This document shows, in pieces, positions 28,394 to 37,831 of a DNA stretch of 64,000 nucleotides. A model generated the notes under the pieces. That model saw nothing but the letters and a program-made list of their open reading frames with translations. It made no database searches and was not told where the DNA came from. This stretch comes from a virus (taxonomy: Duplodnaviria > Caudoviricetes), in IMG/VR virus record IMGVR_UViG_3300045919_000097, positions 900-64,899 of that record. One strand, given 5' to 3'. The translations under genes were made by a program, and so were the position numbers. The stretch's first letter is position 1. Each line of letters opens with the position of its first letter.

Positions 28394-30534
28394 TGTCATT
28401 AGCAGTCATTCCAAGCGGTGGAGGCTTAGTTAACATCTTTGCCGGATCTGCAGTACAACCATCGCAAACATCGTATTTGGCACTGACTCTATCAGCCAAT
28501 ACTGTTACCTACTGGCCGCCGTACGTTACAGGAACACAAACTCCTTTACCAAATCTTTTTGATGTCACTCCATCGGCTGGAGGACTTTCAATCACACTTC
28601 CAGATGCCACTTTGGCAAGTGACGGCCAAGACTTTCTTATTTATAATCTTGGCGCATTCACGTTCACACTGTTAAACGCTTCAGGAGGTACTGTTGCAAC
28701 AGTAGCACCAGGACAGCAGAAGTATCTGTATTTAGTTGACAATACATCAATTGGCGGGTCTTGGAGAGTAACTCTATTTGGAGTGGGAGCAAGCGCACCT
28801 GATGCTTCTGCATTAGCTGGTAGTGGATTGAAGGCAATAGGATCCACTCTTAATCAGTCTTCTGTAACTGCAACAATCAGTGCCAGTCAGACTCTTGGAA
28901 CTGGCGATAGATCTAAAACCTATGTAAATAATGGCGGCGCAATAACTCTGACTTTGCCTTTGTCAACCACTGTTGGAAATGACTACTTTGTAGAGTTGCG
29001 CAACCAGGGTTCTGGTGTTGTTACCATAAGCCCATCTGGTGGTGAACTTGTTGATGGTAGCGCAAGTATTACTCTTCTTGTGAATGAAAGTTGCTTCCTT
29101 CAATCAGGAGTAGGTGCATGGTACACGATTGGCCGGGGACGAAACCAGCAATTCAATTTTACTCAATTGAGCAAACCTGTTACTGGCGGTACAGTCACTC
29201 TCACACTGACAGAAGCCAGCAATGTAGTCCAAACCTACACAGGGGCCTTAGTGAGCAACTGCACGGTGGTTTTACCAGCAGTTGTGCAAGTGTATTACAT
29301 CAGCAACCAGACCAGTGGGGCATTCAGCCTGATATTCCAGAGTCCGACACCTGGAACAACTCTTAGTATTCCCACAGGCCAGAATGCTGTTGTATTCTGC
29401 GATGGTACTAACGTTATCAATGCATCTACATCAGTCGGTGGTATCAGTTCTTTGCTTTTGAATGCCGGCAGTGTTAGTTCTCCATCTCTTGCGCTTGCTG
29501 CAACAAACAATGGTCTGTTTGCGCCAAGCAGTATTTCACTCGCAGTAACAACAAACGGATCTGAAGTTATCCGCTGGTTGGCTGGCCAGTCTTTGTCTGT
29601 ATCAGGCACGGCCGGTGCTCCATCATATTCTTTTGTTACGTATCCAGGCACTGGTATGTACAACCCAGGTGCCAATCAGCTTGGCTGGGCAACTGCTTCA
29701 GCTGCTCGCATGTCGCTTGATGCATCTGGAAACCTTACACCGGCAGTTGACAATACTCAAGCGTTTGGATCTGCAATTCTTAGATGGGCTAATGCTTACG
29801 CAACTACATTCAACGGAAACCTAGTTGGAAACGTCACTGGTAATTTGACCGGCAATGTCAGCGGATCTGTTGGCACTGCGACAAACCTTTCTGGTACTGT
29901 CCAGTGGTCAATTCCATATCAGTCTGCTTCTGGCATCACTTCGTATGCAGCAAACGGAACAACTGGTCAAGTCTTGGTTGCTACTACAGGTGCTGCACCA
30001 AGCTGGGCAAACGCAGCACCAAAAGCTACAAACCTTGATGGCACCACACAATGGTCAATTCCATATCAGTCTGCATCTGGTGTTACTTCATACTTGAGTT
30101 CTAGCACTGCTGGACTCTTGATGACTGCTGGTGGTGCTGGTGCACCTAGCTGGGGAAGTGCGCTGCCAACAACAGCAACCATCAGCGGTTTTGCTGTCGG
30201 CTACAAGGAAGTTCCTCAGAACTCACAGAGTGCTGTGTATACGACCGTGCTGTCAGACAGTGGCAAGCAGATTTACCACCCATCTGCAGACGTTACTGCT
30301 CGGACATTTACCATTGATTCAAATGCCAACGTTGCGTACCCAATTGGGACTGCTCTCACGTTTATCAATGACGTATCAGCAGGTATTGTGACTATTGCAA
30401 TCACTGCAGACACCATGGTCTGGGCCGGTAATAGTGGTGCAACAGGTTCCCGCACATTGGCTGCTGGTGGCATGGCAACAGCTGTGAAAATGACGTCTAC
30501 TCGCTGGATGATCTCAGGAAGTGGGCTGACATAA
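28393..30534 (+). CDS. tail fibre / tail protein 2
   Basis: Gly/Thr/Ser-rich beta repeats; duplicated ATNLxGTxQWSIPYQSASG; C-terminal YPIGTALTF...TGSRTLA...W.ISGSGLT. Confidence 0.75.
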   Translation: MSLAVIPSGGGLVNIFAGSAVQPSQTSYLALTLSANTVTYWPPYVTGTQTPLPNLFDVTPSAGGLSITLPDATLASDGQDFLIYNLGAFTFTLLNASGGTVATVAPGQQKYLYLVDNTSIGGSWRVTLFGVGASAPDASALAGSGLKAIGSTLNQSSVTATISASQTLGTGDRSKTYVNNGGAITLTLPLSTTVGNDYFVELRNQGSGVVTISPSGGELVDGSASITLLVNESCFLQSGVGAWYTIGRGRNQQFNFTQLSKPVTGGTVTLTLTEASNVVQTYTGALVSNCTVVLPAVVQVYYISNQTSGAFSLIFQSPTPGTTLSIPTGQNAVVFCDGTNVINASTSVGGISSLLLNAGSVSSPSLALAATNNGLFAPSSISLAVTTNGSEVIRWLAGQSLSVSGTAGAPSYSFVTYPGTGMYNPGANQLGWATASAARMSLDASGNLTPAVDNTQAFGSAILRWANAYATTFNGNLVGNVTGNLTGNVSGSVGTATNLSGTVQWSIPYQSASGITSYAANGTTGQVLVATTGAAPSWANAAPKATNLDGTTQWSIPYQSASGVTSYLSSSTAGLLMTAGGAGAPSWGSALPTTATISGFAVGYKEVPQNSQSAVYTTVLSDSGKQIYHPSADVTARTFTIDSNANVAYPIGTALTFINDVSAGIVTIAITADTMVWAGNSGATGSRTLAAGGMATAVKMTSTRWMISGSGLT

Positions 30535-31289
30535 TGAGCGCCATACAACAAGTTCTTGCTGGTTCTGGCTCACGCAAGGTGGTCAACCTGACGATTGCTG
30601 CCGACACACAAAATTACGTTCTAAACACAGCAAAAGTGACCGGCTATGTGTCCGGCACCACCGATGTAACGCTGACCATCAACTCGACCATCTATGTTGG
30701 CTCGTCCACCACAGCGGGTATCGCGCTTGACGTTGACACAAGCTGGAACGCAGCCGATACCGTAACCATTGTCAACAACGGATTCATTGTCGGGGCTGGT
30801 GGTGATGGCGGAGGCAGTGGGTTTAGGTCTGGCGGCATAGCTGGGGGCGCTGCCGGAGCGGCATTGCGCGCGCAACGCGCATTAAAAATAACTAACAACG
30901 GAACGGTAGGCGGCGGCGGTGGTGGTGGTGGCTCATCCGGTGGTTCAGCTAACTGCCCATGCGGCCCTTGGTGGAACGGCCCACCGGGCGGCGGTGGTGC
31001 TGGGTATAACCCCGGCGCTGCTGGCGCAGTGAATACTTCTGGGGCATCTTATCCCTACAGCCCGGCGGGTGCGGGGTCTAGAACTGGTGGTGGCGGTGGT
31101 GGAAGCATGATTAACGCATTCACATATCCCGGAGGTAATGGGGGTGGTCTGGGCGCTAATGGCGGGTCTGGCACACCCTCCACAAATTCTGGAGCCGGAG
31201 GTGGGGCTGGCGGTAATTGCACAACCACAGGCTCCAATGCAAATATCACATGGCTAGTTAACGGAACTCGACTGGGGACACTTGGATGA
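30534..31289 (+). CDS. glycine-rich receptor-recognition adhesin (T-even gp38-like)
   Basis: TIVNNGFIVGAGGDGG...ITNNGTVGGGGGGGG poly-Gly tracts, ends GTRLG. Confidence 0.75.
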   Translation: MSAIQQVLAGSGSRKVVNLTIAADTQNYVLNTAKVTGYVSGTTDVTLTINSTIYVGSSTTAGIALDVDTSWNAADTVTIVNNGFIVGAGGDGGGSGFRSGGIAGGAAGAALRAQRALKITNNGTVGGGGGGGGSSGGSANCPCGPWWNGPPGGGGAGYNPGAAGAVNTSGASYPYSPAGAGSRTGGGGGGSMINAFTYPGGNGGGLGANGGSGTPSTNSGAGGGAGGNCTTTGSNANITWLVNGTRLGTLG

Positions 31290-31570
31290 TTACTTCATAC
31301 ACCTACAAAATTGTTGCCACGTACCCGGAATTGGGGACGATGGATATTTTGTTTTCAAGCGACGGTTATCCAGATTTGTTGGTTGGTGCAACCATGCCAA
31401 TCACTGGGCAGACCATTGAAGATGTTGTTCGGGCATACGCTCCGCTTGGGCAGTGGATACGCGGAAAACTGGGGTTTGTCGAAGTGCCAGTTGATACGAC
31501 AGGCGTTATCGAAGTGCCAGTTGCAACCGCACAAGAAATTGCAGTTCCATCAGGGATTCAGACAATATGA
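31286..31570 (+). CDS. hypothetical protein (possible fibre assembly factor)
   Basis: ATGA-coupled to adhesin gene. Confidence 0.6.
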   Translation: MITSYTYKIVATYPELGTMDILFSSDGYPDLLVGATMPITGQTIEDVVRAYAPLGQWIRGKLGFVEVPVDTTGVIEVPVATAQEIAVPSGIQTI

Positions 31571-31839
31571 CCGAGCGCGTAATACCAAAAGTTCAGTACA
31601 ACTATGCGGGCCTTGTAAACGCAATGTACGTTGCCAACATTGGCGAAGGCTTGCCCAGACACGAACACGAAACGGCGCATCTGACATTTTGCCTCCACGG
31701 CAGCATTGCAGTGCGCAAAGAAAACTTCAATGGGGTTTTGAAACAGGGTGACATGCCACTCAACCTCAGAGAGAATGAGTGGCACGAAATTGAAGCGCTT
31801 GAAGATGGCACCGTCTTTATTAACCAGTTTGCACAATGA
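31567..31839 (+). CDS. cupin-domain protein
   Basis: GLPRHEH...H...G; WHEIEALEDGTVFINQF. Confidence 0.8.
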   Translation: MTERVIPKVQYNYAGLVNAMYVANIGEGLPRHEHETAHLTFCLHGSIAVRKENFNGVLKQGDMPLNLRENEWHEIEALEDGTVFINQFAQ

Positions 31840-32390
31840 GCCTCGGAAACTATTACTGGAAGTGGGACGAAACAATCCCTAAATCACTGATTGACATGGC
31901 TCTCAGTGAGGCTGAGGCACGTGAAAAGCAAAGCGGTGGAGTCGGCATAGGTTCGGACAACGCGCCGACCATTAACGCCACTGTTAGAAAATCGGAAATC
32001 GCGTTTGAATTATCAACGCACTGGTTGTGCGGCATCGTCGCAAATTACGTACTTCATGCCAATCAACTTGCCGGATGGAACCGGTCTCTGCTGGCCCCCG
32101 AAGTTTTGCAATATGGGGTGTACAGACCCGGCGACTTTTATGACTGGCACATCGATTGTGATTTGGTGTCGCTCAGTGCAACCAATAGAAAACTCTCTGC
32201 CACATTGCTGTTAAGCGACCCGGCAGATTTTGAAGGCGGCGAATTAGAAATTGAAGGCTGCGAGAAAGTAGTTCTCAAGCAGGGTTCGCTTATAGTTTTT
32301 CCATCAATGCTACGGCACCGCGTAACTCCAGTGACCAAGGGTAAACGCATTTCCGCAGTGAGTTGGATTCATGGCCCAACAGCTTGGTAG
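31836..32390 (+). CDS. 2OG-Fe(II) oxygenase (PKHD/prolyl-hydroxylase-like)
   Basis: FYDWHID, RKLS, FEGGEL, VFPS...HRVTPVTKGKRISAVSW. Confidence 0.9.
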   Translation: MSLGNYYWKWDETIPKSLIDMALSEAEAREKQSGGVGIGSDNAPTINATVRKSEIAFELSTHWLCGIVANYVLHANQLAGWNRSLLAPEVLQYGVYRPGDFYDWHIDCDLVSLSATNRKLSATLLLSDPADFEGGELEIEGCEKVVLKQGSLIVFPSMLRHRVTPVTKGKRISAVSWIHGPTAW

Positions 32391-32404
32391 TAAGGGGAAT
32401 TTAA

Positions 32405-32677
32405 GTGATAGAACCATCTCAAGAACCAGACCACTGGGTCCTTAAAAAGGAAATTCAGCTCACCCATGTGATTACTACTATTGGGGTTGCATTTGCTGCC
32501 TTCATGTATGTAAACGCAATGGAAAAACGGCTTACCCTTATTGAGGAACGAGTGTCATTGCAGAAAGAGCAATCAGTCAGTCATGACAAGTCTATCACTG
32601 AAACCTTTACCCATATTAACAGCCAGATCGACAAAATGGATGCCAAACTCGATCGCCTTATTGAAAGACGCAAATGA
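32405..32677 (+). CDS. holin/antiholin-like single-TM protein
   Basis: One hydrophobic segment + coiled coil ending KLDRLIERRK; precedes endolysin. Confidence 0.55.
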   Translation: MIEPSQEPDHWVLKKEIQLTHVITTIGVAFAAFMYVNAMEKRLTLIEERVSLQKEQSVSHDKSITETFTHINSQIDKMDAKLDRLIERRK

Positions 32678-33081
32678 AACTTCAAGTCAAACGCAATCAG
32701 TGCCGTACAATCTGCACGCTTGGTCAATTGTTCATTGACGGCGTGTTTGAATGCTACACGCTTGAGGATCAAGTGCGACCAATGGAAGAGCACAAAGTCT
32801 TTGGGTTGACTGCAATTCCTTACGGCCTTTATGATGTGGATGTTACATATTCTCCACACTTTGAACGTGAATTACCACTGCTGAAAAATGTGCCTGGATT
32901 TGAAGGTGTCCGCATTCACCCAGGTAATACGGCTTCCGATACAGAAGGTTGCCTGCTTCTTGGGTCTGAGATTGTGGGCGACACAATTACCCATAGTCGT
33001 GTGGCGTTTGAGTCAGCTTACGCTAAAATAAAAGTTGCGCATGATAATGGTGAGAAAATCACCATTGAGTATACGGAGTAG
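32674..33081 (+). CDS. DUF5675-family putative endolysin
   Basis: TLGQL...CYTLED...AIPYGLY...VPGFEGVRIHPGNTASDTEGCLLLG. Confidence 0.8.
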   Translation: MKLQVKRNQCRTICTLGQLFIDGVFECYTLEDQVRPMEEHKVFGLTAIPYGLYDVDVTYSPHFERELPLLKNVPGFEGVRIHPGNTASDTEGCLLLGSEIVGDTITHSRVAFESAYAKIKVAHDNGEKITIEYTE

Positions 33082-33084
33082 GTC

Positions 33085-33285
33085 GTGATAAACCTGTCGC
33101 AGGAAGATTATTCTGATCTGCTTCCAATTGAGCAACTAGCGTTGGACAGGCTGATTGAAAAATACAATCAGTACGTTTTGCAGGGCCGTGCTGCTGAAGC
33201 ACGAGGTGTCTGCAGATCTATAGGCATAGTCTTTCATACGTTAAAAAGTTCACCAGAATCAAATACTGAATGGAGTGGATTATGA
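33085..33285 (+). CDS. hypothetical protein
   Basis: GTG start, fills gap within lysis cassette. Confidence 0.5.
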   Translation: MINLSQEDYSDLLPIEQLALDRLIEKYNQYVLQGRAAEARGVCRSIGIVFHTLKSSPESNTEWSGL

Positions 33286-33503
33286 AATTCATAACTGATA
33301 TTCTCACTGGTCTCGATGGCGAAACACACGACATAGCACGCTGGAGCTGGGTTGCAAGTATGCTTACTTTGTTTGCAGCTACTTTGCATGTGGCATGGTC
33401 AAAGGGCGCTGTTGATTTGGCTGCATTTGGCACAGCCGTTGCCACAATTGTTGCAGGCCATGGTGCTGCGATCTGGGCCAAAAAAGATACGGAGCCAAAA
33501 TGA
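33282..33503 (+). CDS. holin-like two-TM protein
   Basis: Two hydrophobic segments, basic C-terminus KKDTEPK. Confidence 0.6.
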   Translation: MKFITDILTGLDGETHDIARWSWVASMLTLFAATLHVAWSKGAVDLAAFGTAVATIVAGHGAAIWAKKDTEPK

Positions 33504-33982
33504 ACTTCTTAGGAGGATACAAATATGTTGTGGACTTCATTGTTATTGCTTTGCTTGTTGCTGGAATTGCGTTTGGCATTCACAAATACAATTCCTACCA
33601 GCAAGATATTGGCTCTGAGCGAGTTCAACAGCAGTGGGACCAACAAAAGTTACTGGATAAAACCGCGGCTGACAAGCTGCGTGATCAATTTCAAAAGGAT
33701 AAAGACGATGCACTTGCTCAATCAGCTGCTAACATTAAAACTGCGAATGCTCTTGCTGCTGCTGCCGTTTCTTCTGGCCGGGTGCTGGACAGTACCTTGC
33801 AAGCCATCAGAACCAGCTCAGCCAGTACTGCCATCGATGCCAATCGCAAGTACGTCACAGCCCTCACAGAAGTACTCGGAGACTGTAAAGATCAATACAG
33901 ACAAATGGGACGAGAAGCTCAAGGCCACGCTGACGACTCCTTGATGTACCAGCTTAGTTGGCCAAAAGTCAAAGGAAATTGA
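33500..33982 (+). CDS. i-spanin (Rz-like)
   Basis: N-terminal TM followed by Ala/Gln-rich periplasmic helices. Confidence 0.75.
   Translation: MNFLGGYKYVVDFIVIALLVAGIAFGIHKYNSYQQDIGSERVQQQWDQQKLLDKTAADKLRDQFQKDKDDALAQSAANIKTANALAAAAVSSGRVLDSTLQAIRTSSASTAIDANRKYVTALTEVLGDCKDQYRQMGREAQGHADDSLMYQLSWPKVKGN
33708..33944 (+). CDS. embedded o-spanin (Rz1-like lipoprotein)
   Basis: +1 frame inside i-spanin; LLPFLLAG|C lipobox then Pro-rich mature part; AAGGA upstream of ATG 33708 (alternative ATG 33747). Confidence 0.8.
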   Translation: MHLLNQLLTLKLRMLLLLLPFLLAGCWTVPCKPSEPAQPVLPSMPIASTSQPSQKYSETVKINTDKWDEKLKATLTTP

Positions 33983-33983
33983 T

Positions 33984-34619
33984 GTGGCCTATGCCCTTAC
34001 ATACTCACTGCTTGTAAGCTCTATTCAGAGTTACAATGAAAATTCTAGTGATAAATTTGCGGCGCAAATACCGCAGTTCATATCCAATGGCGAAAACCGT
34101 GTTGCAGCTGATATGAAGCAACAAGGATTCCAGAGCGTGGTGGCTGGAACTTTTGTTGCTGGTGTTAATGGTGCAGTTGTATCTAAACCTGCATTCTGGC
34201 GTGAAACCATCAGCTTTAACTACAAGGATCCTGTACTTGGGTGGCAACCAATCCGCATTCGCGCTCTTGAGTACCTCAAAAACTTCTGGCCGCTACAAGG
34301 TAGTACGTCACCACCGCGGTTCTATGCTGACTATAACTTTGAGAATTTTCTTGTGGCGCCGTCTCCTGACCAAGCATACGCATTTGAGCTTGCATACTAT
34401 GCGCGGTTAGAACCTCTTGACGCTACAAATCAGACAAATTGGCTTACATTTAATGCGCCACAAGTGTTGCTGTATGCTTGCTTGCTTGAAGCTGCTCTTT
34501 GGCTTAAAAACTCAGAGTTGATAGCTTTGTTCCAAGGTCAGTACAATGATCAAAAGAGCAGTATCCTGCAGGAAAACGCAGAGCGTCTTGGTGATCGTAA
34601 TGAGGCGGTTGCTCGATGA
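33984..34619 (+). CDS. tail adaptor / tubular protein A-like
   Basis: LTYSLL...IPQFI..GE.R, PRFYA, VAPSPD..Y..EL.YY, TNWL...APQVLLYACLLEA. Confidence 0.7.
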   Translation: MAYALTYSLLVSSIQSYNENSSDKFAAQIPQFISNGENRVAADMKQQGFQSVVAGTFVAGVNGAVVSKPAFWRETISFNYKDPVLGWQPIRIRALEYLKNFWPLQGSTSPPRFYADYNFENFLVAPSPDQAYAFELAYYARLEPLDATNQTNWLTFNAPQVLLYACLLEAALWLKNSELIALFQGQYNDQKSSILQENAERLGDRNEAVAR

Positions 34620-36604
34620 GCCAAGGCGGACAACCATCTCCATTGTTTACGCTGACATCACAAGCAGGTGTCAGGCGTGATGGTACTGACCTTGATTCTC
34701 CATTTTATGCTGATGTTACATGGACAAGGTTTCAGCGCGGAAAGCCACGCAAGATAGGCGGTTACACTCAGCTCAGTGGTCAGTTAAATGCTCCCATTCG
34801 TTCTGTATATGTGGACGCGCGTAACGGGCAAATTACCTCTCACTATTTTGGCAAGTGGGGCATTCAGCGTCAACTGCTATCAGGTGTATCTGCAACAGGT
34901 CTTGTTGATCGCACTCCAGTAGGTTTTACACCAAGTGACTTTTTGACGTGGTCTCAAGGTGTCATGTACAGCTCAACAGGTGGGTCGTACTCAGCACTGA
35001 TTACTGCAGCAACCCCAGATCTTCTTGACGTCACTTCAGATGTTGGTGGTAGCGTGTATGCAGGAGATGTAGGATCTACTGATATTTTTGGTGTTATTAG
35101 TGATGGTAGTGGTCCTATTAGCATCAGTGGCGGAGTTTGTGTGCTGCAACCATTCTTGGTCGTGTATGGCAGCAATGGCCTTATCAGGAACACCAATGCC
35201 AATGACTATTCTGCGGCCACAGGGTGGTCCACAGGAACCGGCTATGCAAATACAGCAAACGTTGCAGGTACCAAAATTATCCACGGGGCACCTGTTCGAG
35301 GAGGTAGTGCATCTCCTGCAGGCCTTTTCTGGGCTCTTGATGCAGTCATCCGCATGTCATTTGTTGGAGGCACTAAGATTTTCCAATATGACACTCTGAG
35401 CCAGCCAACATCGATACTTGGCAAGAAGACAGTTGTTGAAGTTGACGGCAGGTTTTTCTGGATAGGCACTGACCGCTTCCTTATGTACAGCGGTGTTGTG
35501 CAAGAACTGCCCAACCAGATGAACGTCAATGATTTCTTTGAAAACCTGAACTACGCGCATCGCAACAAAGTGTGGGGTACTAAGATCCCGCGTTACGGCG
35601 AAATCTGGTGGTTTTATCCGCGTGGCACTGATACAGAGTGCAAAAACGCCGTCATCTACAATTATGTTGAAAACACTTGGTACGACGCCAAAGCAACTCG
35701 TGGTGCTGGCCACTCAGTGCAGGTGTTTAACAAACCAGTGTGGGCTGGTGATGAGGATGCTCAAAGCACGATAGCACTTACAATTGGGACTACACTAGGT
35801 ACCAGCGCAGCTACAGCTGCAGGCATTGCCGTTTTGAATTTTGCAACTTCACCTGCAGCCGCCGGTGTAGCAGCCGGTCAAAAAGTAAGTGGGTCCACAG
35901 GACTTCCAATTAATGCAACAGTGCTTTCAGTTGCGGCTCTTACCGTAACATTGACAGCAAACTGCATTGGTTCAGGTGTAGCCACTGGTGCTGCTTTGAC
36001 TTTCACGTCAATGACTACTGGGTTTGTTTCTGGTCAAACGGCAACTGGTGGGGCATCAGGAGCCACTGGCATTGTTGTACGAGCAACGGCTATAGCATTG
36101 AATCTGCAGAATGTGACTGGTACTTTTAATTCGGCAGAAACTGTGACTGGGCCAGCAGGAGCCACCTGCAAAACTATTGCTGCTAGCTACTCGCAGACAT
36201 TGACAAGCGTGTATGTGCATGAAGTCAACTGGGACAAGATCCTAGGGCAAAACGCTTACGCCATTCCTGCAAGTTTCACAACATGCAATTTTGGATTGGC
36301 TGTAGGTTCACCATTTGGTGATGCACCACAAACACTCGATGTAAAAACACGTGTTCTTCGAATGGAACCAGACTTTGACCAGACTGGAGACATGATTGTT
36401 ACTGTAAATGGCAAAAGCTACGCTAACCAAGCTTACTCAGTTCAAGACCAACAAACTTTTGGTGTTAACACAAACTTTGTGGATTTGAGAGCACAAGAAC
36501 GCATTGTCCAGATGCAGGTAAGCAGCAATACTCTCGGTGGGTTCTTTCAGCTTGGCCAAGTTCTTATGAAGCTCGCTCCTGGAGACGAGAGAGGTAATGG
36601 CTAA
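34616..36604 (+). CDS. tail nozzle / tubular protein B-like (P22 gp10-like)
   Basis: GVRRDGT...RFQRGKPRKIGG, FFWIGTDRF, EIWWFYP, IYNYVENTWY; Thr/Gly/Ala-rich insert. Confidence 0.75.
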   Translation: MSQGGQPSPLFTLTSQAGVRRDGTDLDSPFYADVTWTRFQRGKPRKIGGYTQLSGQLNAPIRSVYVDARNGQITSHYFGKWGIQRQLLSGVSATGLVDRTPVGFTPSDFLTWSQGVMYSSTGGSYSALITAATPDLLDVTSDVGGSVYAGDVGSTDIFGVISDGSGPISISGGVCVLQPFLVVYGSNGLIRNTNANDYSAATGWSTGTGYANTANVAGTKIIHGAPVRGGSASPAGLFWALDAVIRMSFVGGTKIFQYDTLSQPTSILGKKTVVEVDGRFFWIGTDRFLMYSGVVQELPNQMNVNDFFENLNYAHRNKVWGTKIPRYGEIWWFYPRGTDTECKNAVIYNYVENTWYDAKATRGAGHSVQVFNKPVWAGDEDAQSTIALTIGTTLGTSAATAAGIAVLNFATSPAAAGVAAGQKVSGSTGLPINATVLSVAALTVTLTANCIGSGVATGAALTFTSMTTGFVSGQTATGGASGATGIVVRATAIALNLQNVTGTFNSAETVTGPAGATCKTIAASYSQTLTSVYVHEVNWDKILGQNAYAIPASFTTCNFGLAVGSPFGDAPQTLDVKTRVLRMEPDFDQTGDMIVTVNGKSYANQAYSVQDQQTFGVNTNFVDLRAQERIVQMQVSSNTLGGFFQLGQVLMKLAPGDERGNG

Positions 36605-36843
36605 TGTCTGTGGTCAATTACGCCTTTCTCCCCACACCAAACACGGTAAAATTCATGGAGTGGGCCACCTTAGCAACTGAACAGTTTGCTGCGTACGGTA
36701 TCCCAGTTCCTTTGAGCGAAGCCGCTTGGCAAAGCTGGGCAGAGAATTTCTCCAACGGGTCTGTTCCTGGTACACCAGGTCCTGATCCGTACGGGTTCCC
36801 AGATTGGCAAAGTTGGGCTAATGCCTTGATAGGCACAACGTAA
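36604..36843 (+). CDS. small Trp-rich hypothetical protein
   Basis: WQSWA repeated; coupled to nozzle gene. Confidence 0.65.
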   Translation: MSVVNYAFLPTPNTVKFMEWATLATEQFAAYGIPVPLSEAAWQSWAENFSNGSVPGTPGPDPYGFPDWQSWANALIGTT

Positions 36844-36853
36844 AGGAAACAAC

Positions 36854-37831
36854 ATGTCTGAAGATTATTCGTACGAAGACACACCAATGCCAGACACGCC
36901 AACTGGCCCGTCACAAGCATCTCCTGACTATTCCTACTCAGGTGGAGACATGGGCCCAGCACCGACTGCACCAGGCGGTGGTTATGGCCAAGCAGCAACC
37001 ATTGACAACAATCAATACGTCCCAGGTGGTGATTTAGGACCTGGTGCTGGTGCACAAATCAGTAGCTCAGGTCAGTATGTACCTGGCGGCGATCTTGGAC
37101 CAGGTGCTGCTGCGGCGCAAAATGCTGGTGCATCAGGTCAAGCTGCTCTCATTAACTATCTTTCAGGAACACCAAAATCTGAAGGCGACGGCATCTTTAC
37201 GCAGCTAATGAAAGGTTCTGGCATCCTCAACAAAGATGGAAAGCTAGATCTCTCAGACCCAAATTCGTTTGATCGCCTTATGCGCACCATTTCAGTTGGG
37301 GGCACAATTCTTCAAACGCTTCAAGGTCCTCAAAACCAGAAATCTCCACAGCAGTTGCAACAGCAGTTCAAGGGTCCATTTGATCAATGGAATCCGACTC
37401 AGCAAGCAGCTGCAGACAAGTACTTCAACAATCCCAACATTGGGCACTCATTGAATTATGCCCACACAATGGGTTCACCAATAGTGCCATCACGCCGATA
37501 CGCAGCTGGTGGTCCTGTCGAAGGTTCTGTTGACGATTCAAATCCTCAGTTCATGAGCCAAGGTGCTCTGAGCTTGGTGAAAGGTCCAGGCGGTGGCCAG
37601 GATGATCTTGTGCCTGCACGTCTTGCCAACGGTGAATACGTGCATGATGCAGACTTTGTCAGCGCTCTTGGTGATGGCAGCAACGAGCACGGCGCCAAGA
37701 TCCTTGACAAACTTCGTGAACTTGTGCGAGCGCATAAGCGGTCGGCGTCTCCTGACAAAATCCCGCCAAAGACAAAGTCAATCATGCACTATTTGTCTAA
37801 GGCAAAAACAGAGGTAGGCAAAAATGGCTGA
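36854..37831 (+). CDS. putative ejection protein with YAAGG motif and GPGGG.DD.VPARL.NGEYV domain
   Basis: Low-complexity N-terminus with duplicated QYVPGGDLGPGA; conserved C-terminal domain. Confidence 0.65.
   Translation: MSEDYSYEDTPMPDTPTGPSQASPDYSYSGGDMGPAPTAPGGGYGQAATIDNNQYVPGGDLGPGAGAQISSSGQYVPGGDLGPGAAAAQNAGASGQAALINYLSGTPKSEGDGIFTQLMKGSGILNKDGKLDLSDPNSFDRLMRTISVGGTILQTLQGPQNQKSPQQLQQQFKGPFDQWNPTQQAAADKYFNNPNIGHSLNYAHTMGSPIVPSRRYAAGGPVEGSVDDSNPQFMSQGALSLVKGPGGGQDDLVPARLANGEYVHDADFVSALGDGSNEHGAKILDKLRELVRAHKRSASPDKIPPKTKSIMHYLSKAKTEVGKNG

Noticed and set aside
24054-31289. Diversity-generating retroelement or invertible shufflon acting on fibres
   Set aside because: No reverse transcriptase or recombinase gene; repeats are in-frame and direct, and differences are not adenine-restricted
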